A stretch of 62,887 nt of DNA, filler included, from Globobulimina sp. (GCA_003354225.1; 45 parts of 45 records of this genome joined end to end with filler, not necessarily neighbours in it); one strand, 5' to 3'. Counted from the whole stretch's first letter, positions 12,673-25,000 are shown. Translations and numbers: made by a program. The notes: generated from the letters alone by a model not told the origin.

Positions 12673-12877
12673 ACCCCAAAACCCCAACAAACACAAAAGT
12701 GTACTTATAAGTTCCCCCCTCGGTCAAGTCCTGAATATTGGCTCTTACTCGAAAGGGAGGTTTCTCGTTGGGTGCCAAGTCCTGGTTATTCAAATCTATT
12801 TGTTTTTTTCTCAATGTTTGACGTTGCTATACTTAATATAATCAGATTGTTATGTATGGAAACATTACAAACATACT

Positions 12878-13399
12878 TTGGATGATATTTGGGGTGATAT
12901 CCCATCAGAAATAAAATGTGGTGATGAGGAAAATATGGATGAATCAGATAAATCCAATGAAATATTGAAAGGAGCTAAATATGGGTCGGATGGGAGTGAT
13001 ATTGATATTATGGCATCGTTAAATAAATATAAAAACAGAAAGCGAAAAAGATGTGGTGATTTTGATCAAAAACCACAACAAAAAAAAAGGAAAATTATGG
13101 AGAATAATAAAAATAAATTATCCTCAATACAGTTGTTACGCGAAATGGAAATAAACCAAAAAATAAAGGAATTGGATTGTGAGCGGTCAATTCGTTCTAT
13201 GGAACTTGCATTGGTTGAGAAAAAAAAGAAACATATCGCTTTAATGAGATCCATAACACAGAAAGAAGGAAAGCAATGGACACCATACACACTTAACAAT
13301 GGTACAACAGGCGTTCGATGTATCCAAGCAAAGAATGCAAAAGTATGCAATCGAATGTTTGTTACACTCAATGAATGGTGCAATCACGAATGTGAATAG
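12878..13399 (+). CDS. Probable nuclear protein: NLS-like basic patches, coiled coil, C-terminal C2HC-like finger
   Basis: KNRKRKR, QKKRK and C-x8-CNRMF-x7-H-x-C at the C-terminus; start uncertain. Confidence 0.55.
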   Translation: MDDIWGDIPSEIKCGDEENMDESDKSNEILKGAKYGSDGSDIDIMASLNKYKNRKRKRCGDFDQKPQQKKRKIMENNKNKLSSIQLLREMEINQKIKELDCERSIRSMELALVEKKKKHIALMRSITQKEGKQWTPYTLNNGTTGVRCIQAKNAKVCNRMFVTLNEWCNHECE

Positions 13400-13681
13400 A
13401 AACAAATGCCAATTTTATTTTTGTTTTATTAATATAATGTTCAATTTTTGTTTTATTAATGTTCAGGAGACAGAGGAAAAACTTTGCGTGTTTTGTACCG
13501 TACATCTTTGGTGTCACTGGTGTCACACTTCAATTCATGTGGCGCCGCACTGGTCTAATTTTTAATTGTGGCGGACATAAATCGAAAAAGTGGATTCCCG
13601 ATCACTCGTCTGTTTATAAAAGGAATTAAATTTTGTATATTATTAATAAGTCATTAGTCATAGGAAAAAAAAGTTAACGTA

Positions 13682-13907
13682 TTAATTTTGCTTTATAAAA
13701 TATGAATAAGCGTGATATATTAACAAAGCAGCAGTGATATATGGCACAAGAGAGGCGCCATCCACTGCGGATTTTTTCTTTCTTAAACGATCCCAATTTC
13801 TTGCCATAATATGATACGATCCACATAAAACTCCTCCATATAAAATAAATCTGTTGAATGTCAACGCAAATGTTACTCCGAGTGCCGATGCCATCATTCC
13901 ATAAATT
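13682..13907 (-). CDS. Small membrane protein, 3' fragment
   Basis: Two hydrophobic segments around a basic loop. Confidence 0.4.
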
Positions 13908-14007
13908 NNNNNNNNNNNNNNNNNNNNNNNNNNNNNNNNNNNNNNNNNNNNTTAATTAATTAANNNNNNNNNNNNNNNNNNNNNNNNNNNNNNNNNNNNN
14001 NNNNNNN

Positions 14008-15026
14008 ATTGTTATGAACAAAAATCGGGCCTTGCTATGGGTGGACCCCTTTCTCCATTTCTGGCTGGTATCTTCATGGAAGAATTAGAGAAAAGTGCAC
14101 TAAATTCAATTGATTTTCCTGTATTATTGTATGCAAGATATGTCGATGACATTTTGGTTATTTGTGAAAAACAAGACCATATTGAATCACTCTTACAGTC
14201 ACTCAACAAAATTGATTCTAAAATTCAGTTTACTGTGGAATTTGAAAAGAACTGCAAATTGCCTTTTATGGATGTTCATATTGATCATTCCAATGGACTT
14301 TTAAACCTTAGTGTTTATCGAAAGCCTACCCACAGTGGAAGGTACATCCACTACACAAGCTGCCAACCTAGTCAACAAAAATTGGGAGTTATCCAGACTA
14401 TGGGTCGTCGAGCTCACCAAATTTCATCTAATTTTGACTCTTTGAAAGAAGAAAATTCAATTCTACTCAATACATTTGAAAAGTCGTCTTTCCCAAAACA
14501 TGAAACTAAACATAGATTACATAATGTTATTGGACAGTCTAAACAGCCAGAGGATATTCAAAAACCTCTTATAAAATTGCCATATGTCCCTACCTTATCT
14601 CCAAAAATTGCCAGTATTCTTCGTCAATACAATGTTCGAATAATGTATGATAAGCCTATGTCACTTGGAAATCTTTTGTACAAAAGATCGCCGGACAAAG
14701 ACTTTTTTGAAAAATCAAATGTGGTTTATAAAATTAATTGTTTGGACTGCAATCTGTGTTATGTGGGTCAGACGACCAGGCCTTTGCATTGTCGCATGTC
14801 TGAGCACAGGAAAGCTATAGAAGAAAGAAATATCAATAAATCAGCCCTAGCCCAACATCAAAGAGACACTACCGGGCACCAATTTGACCTAACGAAAACA
14901 AGTATATTGGCCTCGGATAAGAGACAACAGCAGTTGATTGCTAAAGAGACTTATCTTATACAAAAGAATAGCACGTTTAACCGCGATCAGCGACCAGTCA
15001 ACCACTCACTCGCACGACTTATGTGA
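14008..15026 (+). mobile_element. Penelope-like retroelement: RT C-terminal half plus GIY-YIG endonuclease
   Basis: GLAMGGPLSP, YARYVDD, LPFMDV, VYRKPTHSGRY and NVVYKINCLDCNLCYVGQTTRPLHCRMSEH; frame intact. Confidence 0.96.
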
Positions 15027-15105
15027 TCCCATATTGTGTCCTTTTTATTAGATTTTTAGTGACTATGTATTACTCTATATGTTTCTAATTTTTCTGTGCT
15101 TTCTA

Positions 15106-15153
15106 GGTATCACTGAGGAAGGCACGAATGTGCGTGCTGAAACGTTTGAAATA
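15106..15153 (+). ncRNA. Minimal type I hammerhead ribozyme-like motif in the Penelope 3' region
   Basis: CTGAGGA (15113-15119), A, stem II GGCACG/CGTGCT, GAAA (15139-15142), palindromic AACGTT; short stem I TCA/TGA. Confidence 0.7.
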
Positions 15154-15407
15154 AAATTTTGATAGCAGTTGTATGCACCATTGAATTAAACTTTTATAAT
15201 AATGAATCAACTGCAAAGCCTTAATAATTATTGTACCTTGTTTCAAACGAATAATGACGATTTTCGTTAACTTTCGGCGATTTTCGACGATTTTCATCAA
15301 AATACTGNNNNNNNNNNNNNNNNNNNNNNNNNNNNNNNNNNNNNNNNNNNNTTAATTAATTAANNNNNNNNNNNNNNNNNNNNNNNNNNNNNNNNNNNNN
15401 NNNNNNN

Positions 15408-16478
15408 TCAGTATCTTATCAATCCAAAATGTTGTGTTTTCAAAGCATTATTCAATTCTGCTTTTGTTGATTTTCCAAGTAACTTCTTTTCATATTCAAC
15501 CAAATCATTTACAAAACCTGAATTCGGTGATATCCGCGGTCTGCATTTTTTAATATGAATATATGCATCGCATAAAGTATATTTTCTTGATTTCATTAAA
15601 TATGCGATTGTTATGGCTGCACTTCGTGAGACTCCAGCCATGCAATGTAAAAATACCACATTTTGAACATTATTTTTCTGATTTTTGTCCAATGCGTCAT
15701 CAATAAAATCACAAGCTTTGTCAAAATATGCATAAACTTTCTCAGCCGCAGAGTCTTCAATTTTAATTTGCAAATATTTTATATTTTGTTTGCTTTCTTT
15801 ATCCAACACAAAAAAAGATTTGCTTACATTTATAATATGCGTTATTTTTAAGTTTTGGACAACATTTTTGTTCTCGGACATAAAGCCGTCGCCATGGCCA
15901 AATATAGTTCATCCGTTAAAATAGCATTTGGATATTGATCATGAATTTGTTGGTTGTTGCATAAAAATTTATATTTGCCATAAAAATCATTGTATTCTGC
16001 TTTAAATATATAAATTGGGCGGATATCAGTTTTCGTTTTGGATTTTGTCTTTTTTTCGTTGGCTTTATTCTCATCGTTGTTTTTTCTGATTTTGTTGAAC
16101 AATGAGTGTAGTTTTTCTTTTCTTTTATTTGCTTTATTTTGGGATTTATCATCGGTTACTTTTGCAATAAGACATAAATGATTGATCGTATTGTTGTTAT
16201 TTAAAATGTCATCTTTATTGCCATAAAAAACAAATACATTCGAGTATGAATCATCGAACTCAGTCATGTCCTATGTACAGAAATGTTTGTTATTATTATT
16301 ATACCATCGGATTTGGCATATTTATCACGTCAATAATATGAGACTCATTATATTCTTTTTCTGATCGCAAGTCGTATAAACATATTCTTTGTTGTATCAA
16401 ATTAAACATCGCAGACAAGCAGTAAACGTCGACAATTACATTTGAGTGAATTGGATCACATGATTTCTTTTCTTCCAT
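15408..16478 (-). pseudogene. MAPK-phosphatase-like: rhodanese domain plus dual-specificity phosphatase; 34-nt intron 16271-16304; frameshift near 15895
   Basis: LYDLRSEKEYNESHI; YPNAILTDELYL; ITHIINVS; VFLHCMAGVSRSAAITIAYLM; ISPNSGF. Confidence 0.85.
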
Positions 16479-16807
16479 ATTAGTCGCTTTAATTCTGCCG
16501 AAGCATATGCTGACAAACCGCAAACCGCACTTCTAAGTTGACGATGCCATTCAAAACGCACTTCTAAGTTAAAATAAACCCTCCAATTTCGAATTGCACA
16601 ATGCCTGGAGGCAAAAGCGGGAAACAAAAAGGCCCAAAAAATAGAAACAAGAAAAGAGGAAAAGACGAACAAGGCTTAGATGCCGGAATGAATGATGTTG
16701 ACCTATTNNNNNNNNNNNNNNNNNNNNNNNNNNNNNNNNNNNNNNNNNNNNTTAATTAATTAANNNNNNNNNNNNNNNNNNNNNNNNNNNNNNNNNNNNN
16801 NNNNNNN

Positions 16808-18107
16808 CATTGCCTGTGGCCTCAAACAATGGCAATCGGTGGCCATTATTGGTTTTAATTCACCACAGTGGTTATTGGCGGATTTAGGCGCCATATATGC
16901 CGGCGGTATTGCTGCCGGCGTGTATACCACAAACAATGCTGGACAGTGTAAGTATATTGCTGCCCATTCCAGATGTGCGGTGGTTGTGGTTGAAAATATA
17001 AAGCAATTGGATAAGTTCTTGCAAATTCGGAATGAGTTACCCGACTTGAAAGTGATCGTAGTATGGGATATGGATGAAAATGATCCCATAATATCTGAAG
17101 CCAACGAAGATGCGGATGGACTCGATGCTGTCGCAAAAGTAATGCATTGGTCGGAATTTATGAAATTGGGGACTGACTCAGCTACGGTGGAAAGATTAAA
17201 CATTGAAATGCAAAAAAGAATTTCCAGCATTAAACCTGGCCAATGCTGTACAATAATTTATACCTCCGGTACCACAGGTTATTAATGTTATATTTCATTT
17301 TATTCTGTTTTGTTTTGTTCATTTTAACGGAAAACAACTGTAGGTTCCCCAAAGGCAGTGATGCTCTCTCATGACAGTATCATTTGGACTTCGCGGACTC
17401 TATTAAGTCATGTGAAAAATTTCAAAACTGATGGAACTCCGCATAGCACTGTGAGTTATTTGCCGTTATCTCACATTGCCGCACAATTACTGGACATCTA
17501 TGTGCCTATAACAACCACCGCTTACAAGCCGCAAATTAAATCATGGAAAGTGTTTTTTGCGCGTCCGACCGCATTGAAAGGCACATTGTTATTAACTCTG
17601 AAAGCAGCTCGACCCACTGTCTTCTTTGGAGTGCCGAGGGTTTGGGAGAAAATGCAAGAAGCGATCATTAAAAAGACAAGAGCCGATCCTCCCTCCGCAG
17701 CTAAGAAAATGTTAATTAATTGGTTGAAAGAGATCAGTTTGAAAGCATATTATGCACAGCAATTAGGTGGCGATATGATGCGCCCATTTGGTTATTTTTT
17801 AGCAGAGCGAGTGCTAATATCAAAAGTGAAACAAAGTTTAGGTTTGGAACGAATTCAATGCACCATCACAGGAGCTGCCCCCACTGCTGTTGCTACGTTG
17901 GAATTCTGGGGCAGTTTAGGTTTGAATGTGGTGGAAGGATATGGGATGAGCGAGTCATGTGGCTTGCATACGTTAGGGCTGCCCTATCATAGCAAGATTG
18001 GTACTGTCGGTGTACCGTTTGCAGGCTGTACGACATTGCTACAAAATGATCCAGAACGGGATGAGGCACGCAATGGCGAAATATCTATGCGAGGTAGACA
18101 TGTTATG
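16808..18107 (+). CDS. Long-chain acyl-CoA synthetase, bubblegum (ACSBG) type; intron 17278-17343
   Basis: IIGFNSPQW; spliced P-loop YTSGTTGSPKAVMLSHD; SYLPLSHIAAQ; GVPRVWEK; EGYGMSE; RGRHVM. Confidence 0.93.
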
Positions 18108-18207
18108 NNNNNNNNNNNNNNNNNNNNNNNNNNNNNNNNNNNNNNNNNNNNTTAATTAATTAANNNNNNNNNNNNNNNNNNNNNNNNNNNNNNNNNNNNN
18201 NNNNNNN

Positions 18208-19507
18208 ATCATCAAAGTGGCAAAATTATGAACCTGCTAAAACTGGGAAAGAAGAAATTGTTGAAGCAGAAATAAACAAATTACTAAATCAATTAAAAGA
18301 ATCACAAAATGATATTTCAGCCAATATTTATAACAATTTAGACAAAAAAATGTCTGCATTAATGCACAAATATTGCTTAAATGAATTACCATTCACATTA
18401 GATTCTGATGCACAGAGCACATTTGAATCACATATTTCTTATCTTTTCACATCAATATTAGAGAAAGAAGAGATGTTTATGGTACCAGGTGATGTCGTGG
18501 TTACTGAACATGGTACATTTATCGAGAAAAGTCGCGTAAAGCGGACAGTAAAGCATGCTCAATGCAGTTTAGTTGACGGATTAATTAAAAAAGCGGACGA
18601 ATTTAAATTAATGCGAGGAAACAGAGGAAATAATTTATTCGAGAAGACAGATGCTGAGGTTTGGTATGAAAATAAAGATAAGTTTGATAATAAGGACGTG
18701 AATGCTGCCGCCATGGCATTAATAGCTTTGGCCAAGGACAAAGGAGAAAATTCCCATTTAGCAAGCCAATTAATACCAGGACTATTAGCCCAATTTTGTG
18801 AGCCTGTCTTCACATTTTTAGATTCCAAACAAAGTGACAAAGATCAACATTTTGAAATAATTAATTCTTTGGGAGATGTAATAATGCAATTAAAGCACCA
18901 CGGAAATATTGAGATAAAAAAGAATGAGATCCCCGCAGTCGATACAGATGGATATTTAGTAGCCGTGGATAAATTTTCCTTATCATCAGAGCAAAAGTTC
19001 GAAGATCAGTGGGTTTCGTGTCTATTAATTGATAAAATTGTGTTTTATCATAATGTTGATATCGAACAGCAAACAAAGATATTGATTCAAAAGTTAAAGG
19101 ATCATAATTATTACGCATTTGATATGCAAGCAGATATTATGATGCTTGAGCATTGTCCGCAAACTGTGCGGGCATTAAAACAAGACAAGGCAGACGATGA
19201 TAAAAGTAATATTTATATGACAGTGTTTCGAGGGGAACTGACGAGCTTTGGCATGCGGATAGCAAATGGGGAATACATGGGAGATGCAGCAGAATCATTT
19301 GTGGTGACAAAAAATGGTGGTATTATGCATAAATCGCAGGTAAACCTACCATTCACAGAATGCAGCATTATAAAATATATGGCCAAGCAAGATGTGCGTG
19401 GACATAATGGAAATGTTGGAGAAGAATTTGATGAAAATATGTTTAACCCAGAGCCAGAGTATCATGCTGATGCAGAGAAAGAATTCCATCATCAAGATAA
19501 GAATTTA
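18208..19507 (+). CDS. Hypothetical protein, internal fragment
   Basis: Frame open across the whole contig; no motif recognised. Confidence 0.7.
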
Positions 19508-19675
19508 NNNNNNNNNNNNNNNNNNNNNNNNNNNNNNNNNNNNNNNNNNNNTTAATTAATTAANNNNNNNNNNNNNNNNNNNNNNNNNNNNNNNNNNNNN
19601 NNNNNNNATTGATTTCTGTCTTGCTCTCACATGATTGGTCAGTATGAATGATGTGTCACGTGACTTGTTATAATA

Positions 19676-19703
19676 CTAGAAAAGGCGTCTTGCTTCGCAA
19701 GAC
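19676..19703 (-). mobile_element. Helitron-type 3' terminus (element body lies to the right)
   Basis: Minus strand reads GTCTTGC-GAA-GCAAGAC (perfect hairpin), 7 nt, CTAG, then T. Confidence 0.65.
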
Positions 19704-20300
19704 CAAAGAAGTTATGTTAAGTGTATTTTATATAGAAATGTAGAAAAGAGATAAATAAAATATATTTAAAGTAGAAAAGTTCAACAAAATACGCGCGTGA
19801 AACACAATATAAAGAAAACAAACCAATTTTTACCGCATCGATATCTATTGGGCGCTGTTTTGAACCGCGTGCATCGGCGTATTATTAATTAATTAATTAT
19901 TACCCGTCGATTAGTAGATATGTGAGGATTGGTGTAGTTGGTGCAGTTGGTGTAGTTGGTGTAGAATAGCAATTGCCAAATGGTCAGTTTATTTTTAACT
20001 AATAACTCAGATAGCATTAACAATTGACGAAACGGCGCAACACCGCAATACACAGCAGCAATCAGCACCCAACGCATCGAAATCTTTTGTTAATTCTTGG
20101 ATTGTAATGGTTGAAAGATGGGGCTAAAAATGTTTACAAAACACTAAATGTCGCAATTACTTGTAGCACTCACCTAACTAAATAGACTGCGAGGAGATGA
20201 GGAAAGTAGGTATTCAGTATGAATACTTTAAATCTTACTTATGTTCAGTACATAAACTGTTTGGTTAAAAAATGTCAAAATTTTTAAGCAGATATAAACT

Positions 20301-20885
20301 TTAATAAAGTTGCCGCTTCATGAATTTTACTTTAAAGTGATTTAATTTGTCGAATTTTTATCTTTAGCCATATGCTCGGAGCAGTTCAGCAACCACTGGG
20401 CGCTGTTTTCGTCGCATCTTACACGTACAGGATGGTGAAAAAATGTCGATATTATTAAGCAGATATTAAGTACCATATAATGTAAATGTCGTTTGTGTTG
20501 TGTGTGTAATTTCTTTTTTCTCTTTAATAAAGTTGTCGCTTCCTGAATTTTACTTTAAAGTGATTTAATTTGTCGCATTTTTATCTTTAGCCATATACTC
20601 GGAGCAGTTCAGCAACCACTGGGCGCTGTTTTCGTCGCGTCTTACACGTACATGATGGTGAAAAAATGTCGATATCTTTAAGCAGATATTAAGTACCATA
20701 TAATGTAAATGTCGTTTGTTTCCTGTGTGTAATTTCTTTTTTCTCTTTAATAAAGTTGTCGCTTCGTGAACTTTACTTTAAAGAGATTTAATTTGTCGAA
20801 TTTTTATCTTTAGCCCTATGCTCGGAGCAGTTCAGCAACGTATTTCACGTTCGGGCGCTGTTCTAATCGCGTATTACACGTACAG
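20301..20885. repeat. 223-bp tandem repeat, about 2.6 copies
   Basis: TTAATAAAGT anchors at 20301, 20524 and 20747 with highly similar units. Confidence 0.95.
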
Positions 20886-21007
20886 TATCCCGGGCGTTGT
20901 TTTAACANNNNNNNNNNNNNNNNNNNNNNNNNNNNNNNNNNNNNNNNNNNNTTAATTAATTAANNNNNNNNNNNNNNNNNNNNNNNNNNNNNNNNNNNNN
21001 NNNNNNN

Positions 21008-21712
21008 TAAATGGACCTCTACTTTGCCTGATACATCTCCACCAACCCATTTGTGATAAGTTGGGTTCGATTTGTGGAATTCAATCGAATCCCCTGCTTC
21101 GTACAGCTTTGTATCTTCGGTGATCTCGGTCAGAGCCTTTATGATTGTGTTGTTGGCAAGAATACCCGGAATATTGGGTGAAGTTAAGTACAATACATCG
21201 TAGTAGGCGTTGTTCAGTAAGTCACCTTTTATTGTAATTTCCAAGGCTTCTGCTTCCGCCTCATATTCATAACTGTCCAATCGCAAAACCATTTTCAATC
21301 CTTCGGAGAATAGAATGCTGACACCCGGTTGAACAACAATTTTTCGAGAAGCCAGGCCTGACCCGCCAAACTTGACCCAATCATCTGGTTTTTGTTTCGA
21401 TGCTTTCAGTGCTTCGGCCAGCGCTTCTCTTAGTTTGGCGGTCATTTCAGAAATCTTGATCATCCTTTGGGGTGGGATCTCAAAACTGATGTCATCGGTC
21501 TTCAGAAGGTTCGTTCTTGAAATATCGCACCATATTGCCGGGGTTGTGGCCCATGTTTTTGAAACTTTTCCTCGCAGAGCGGCTACCTTCCATTTAGCCG
21601 TTTCTCCTAAGGTTTTGGAGTAATGGAATGGTACACCGTTGCTCGCGACCGCTTTGTTCGCATCCTGGCCTTTGTGGCTCATCAAATACATATAGAAGGA
21701 ATTGTCAGCCAT
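21008..21712 (-). CDS. Polinton/adintovirus-like minor capsid protein (penton), C-terminus truncated
   Basis: MADNSFYMYLMS...WKVAA..TW and VLYLTSPNI...IEF...PTY...VEVHL follow the FYxxLPS / WEVAL / LYVYS / PxY pattern of polinton pentons; intronless. Confidence 0.65.
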
Positions 21713-21780
21713 TGTATGCTGTTGATAAAATGATGATGAGAAAAGAGTTTCTTTTATATACTTATCATAGTGATGCATGG

Positions 21781-21910
21781 CATCCCTTCCCATCCCTCCC
21801 CTTCCCCCCTTCTCCCACCCCGACCCGACCGAAGGGAGGGGGAGGGGCCTTGGGGGGCACCGCCGGGGAGGGCCGCGGGGCAGAGCCCCGCGGAGGGGCG
21901 CGTCCCGCGC
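21781..21910. other. Extremely GC-rich polypyrimidine/polypurine tract with a 9-bp hairpin
   Basis: CCGCGGGGC-AGA-GCCCCGCGG at 21873-21893; C-runs followed by G-runs. Confidence 0.8.
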
Positions 21911-22407
21911 GTATTTGTTTTCTCGACGGAATCGATTTATGGACGTGTTTTAATTTTAAAATACCCGTGGGCGGACTCGTTTTGTTTGTCGTAGACGCGT
22001 CATTGGGTGCAGTTTTAATCTTTGCGATCTTTATTTTCGTTAAATTTTCGTTTAAGTAACGTGGAGTAAATAGGGTTTTATTATTTTTCTATTTCGTTTT
22101 AGACGTAGGGACAATCGGTCGTCGATCGATAAGGAGTTTTTTCACTGTTTTCCTGCCAAAAATGTGTTAGTAGTTTTCGCTTTGAGACCGATAAGAAACG
22201 TTTTTTTGGGCTCATTTTGGCAGTTTTTGGCTCGTTTCATTGAAAAGAGCTCTCGTAACGTAGAATAGTGTATATTTTTGAAGAAAAAAGGGGTTTTCCC
22301 GCCAAAANNNNNNNNNNNNNNNNNNNNNNNNNNNNNNNNNNNNNNNNNNNNTTAATTAATTAANNNNNNNNNNNNNNNNNNNNNNNNNNNNNNNNNNNNN
22401 NNNNNNN

Positions 22408-23488
22408 GATCGTGTGGGGTACTTTGAGTGTAATCCGGTGATATTGTCACTGTAACAGTCGAATTTGTTGTTGCGTCATTTGAAACTGTCGAATTTGTAC
22501 CACTTTTTGGACCCGTATTTGATGCCAATTCCACCACATCTTTCAACCTGGCAATCTTAAGGACATTTTTAGTGCAAATATGTTCTAATTTGCCGCATAT
22601 TTGATCGAATGCTTTGACACCAACAGGAAACTGTAAATAAAGGCAAAATAAATTAATTAACTCATCCAACATAAATAAGATACTATGCAACATCCACAAT
22701 TCATGAGAAGCATTCGACTGTCGGACGGAACTGATGACGGAGTCAAGCAACCTTAAAAAACAGAGTATGTAATATATATATTCAGCGTCATATAATATAC
22801 ATAAGAAACGTAACTGTGATGATAATAAACCCGCTGCGGCACAAATAATAGGTCGTATTACTTTTGTTAATAAATCTGCATCGTGTAAAGACAGCATTTT
22901 TTTTAGAAAGACGGCTAATAAAATAATTGATAACACTAAATTGGTGATTTGATACAATCTGCGGGCTGTAAGCCCCCACTTCTCCCACTTTTCCGGGGAA
23001 GCAAAGGTCAAAACCAATATAAATGCCGTACCAAACACGGATATCAGTATAAAACCAATGAAAAATATAATCCATAGTAATTTGGACGTTGCTAATACAG
23101 TGCCTTGAAATGGAAAACTTAGACGGAAGACATATAATAAATACATCAATGATAAGCCAAATTGGTTAAAAAAAGTTGCTGCGATTGCGAGTTTAACCCA
23201 TTCCAATATGTCATAACCATACATACAAAACATACTGGTTCCCACATGAATGCAGAATAAGACAGAACTGGCCATAAAACAAACAGCAATGGCGGTGCAG
23301 CCTAATTGTATGGAAAACGCGATTGATGAATCTCGTTCCATTTTCGTCCACATTAAATATATAAAATATACGCCAAATATGCAAACAAAACATGAAAGTA
23401 AAATCATCACAGCCCACAGAGATAATGAATCTGTCGCAGCTGGATTGGAAAAACAAAGGATTATTTCTTCGCCCATTATGCTAAACAA
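22408..23488 (-). CDS. 7TM (GPCR-like) membrane protein
   Basis: About seven hydrophobic helices and an S/T-rich cytoplasmic tail. Confidence 0.7.
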
Positions 23489-23861
23489 TATGCTAATTTG
23501 TTAATTACAATATAACGTTATGTTTGTGGAATATAACGTGTATTTCACTTCAAAAAAACTTCAATATCTAACATTGATTTCACCAGTATGACAACTTTAG
23601 CGCGTTTCCACCACCAAAATGTGAATAAAGATTTTGAAAATTCTTATAATTCTTATAATTTTGAAAATTCGATCTTACAATTTTGAAAACTTTAATCAAC
23701 TCAACATNNNNNNNNNNNNNNNNNNNNNNNNNNNNNNNNNNNNNNNNNNNNTTAATTAATTAANNNNNNNNNNNNNNNNNNNNNNNNNNNNNNNNNNNNN
23801 NNNNNNNACATTATATTATATTTTAATAATAACTTACTTATTTATGTGCGAATAAATACAG

Positions 23862-24098
23862 ATAACAACGCATTGCATTGGAGATCTTGCGAATCGGTTA
23901 ACCATCGATCAGTATGTAAGATTAATTGAGGAGTATAATTTAGAGGATGTTGACCATAGATTACGTATCGAACACGCACAAATTGTCAATGTATCAGTTG
24001 ATGTCGCTAAAATGGTGAAATATCGCATAATCCCTTCAATGCAGCCAACGCATTGTACATCGGATATGGTATTTGCTGGAGACAGAATAAATGCATAA
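23862..24098 (+). pseudogene. YtcJ-like amidohydrolase exon ending in a premature TAA (absent from ORF track)
   Basis: After a CAG acceptor: THCIGDLAN...HRLRIEHAQIV...SMQPTHCTSD..DRINA*; a GTAAAA donor follows 2 nt after the stop. Confidence 0.8.
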
Positions 24099-24253
24099 AG
24101 GTAAAAATTTGTCGTCTATGAGGTGAGAACCCTGATATTAAGATTTTCTTCAAGTGAGCTAGTCATGCAATCACAAAAGAAGTGTTTAGAAGTGTGTATT
24201 CAACTAAATATATTATAAAAACAAAGCAAATTCAACGTACTGAATGTATCTGA

Positions 24254-25000
24254 CTAAATATTGATTTTGTTTGTTGCAGCCAGCATTTCTATGTTTAAAA
24301 TCTTGGCAATTCGTTTGAATGTTATTGTAAGGAAGCATAGAGCGTACACACCAATAAATGCAAATAAACAAATGAGAAATACGGCATTAAATTGCTTGAA
24401 ACATATTGAGAGAAATATAGAGATCAGCAGTGGATAGAAATAATATGGAACGCGACATAGTTTGTTCACATTTGGCGATTTGTTTTGTTGCAATTGTTTG
24501 ATATAAAACTGTTTGTAATTGACTACAGTTTTAATATTGATATCAATTATTGCTAATACAGAATAAAAATGAGCAATCATAAAATAGAAATTTATGTTTT
24601 GTGATGATTAGATTATCACAATACCAGTTCCAAAATAATAGCAGCATCCATGCGCAATTAATTGATATAAGTCATATATGAGCAATGGATACACCTTTTT
24701 AAACATTTTACGTTTTGAAATGGCGATAAAAGAATTTAATGAATACTTGAATGCTGAAATGATCATACCTATAACCAATATGTATTTGATATAATAATTA
24801 TCCCATACATTTGAATTTGAATTATTATGAGAGTACATCTGAGAAATAATATAAATGCATGCTCCAAAATGTGTCTGTTCGGCGTAATAAATTGTCAGAA
24901 AAAACATATTCATAGTTAATACATATGCGAATGCCGCGGTCAATACTAACATATTGCAATGCGATAAATTGAGTGCATAAAGTAATGATAAAGGTAACAT
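24254..25000 (-). pseudogene. Multi-pass membrane protein with in-frame TAG at 24608; weak resemblance to the choline/ethanolamine phosphotransferase C-terminus
   Basis: The two track ORFs share one frame; ends RIAKILNIEML. Confidence 0.45.

Noticed and set aside
12720..12790. Second hammerhead (CTGAATA...GAAA)
   Set aside because: Core deviates from CUGANGA and no stem II forms.
20301..20885. CRISPR array or tandem RNA genes
   Set aside because: Units are 223 bp with no unique spacers; no tRNA, 5S or snRNA structure recognised.
14008..22307. A composite mobile island (Penelope + Helitron + polinton)
   Set aside because: These lie on separate contigs; proximity comes from size sorting.
4812..24610. 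Stop-codon reassignment explaining in-frame TAA/TAG/TGA
   Set aside because: Long conserved ORFs (ABCD, ACSBG, MGAT4, Sec7) have no internal stops and all three stops end genes normally; lesions are sporadic and mixed with frameshifts.
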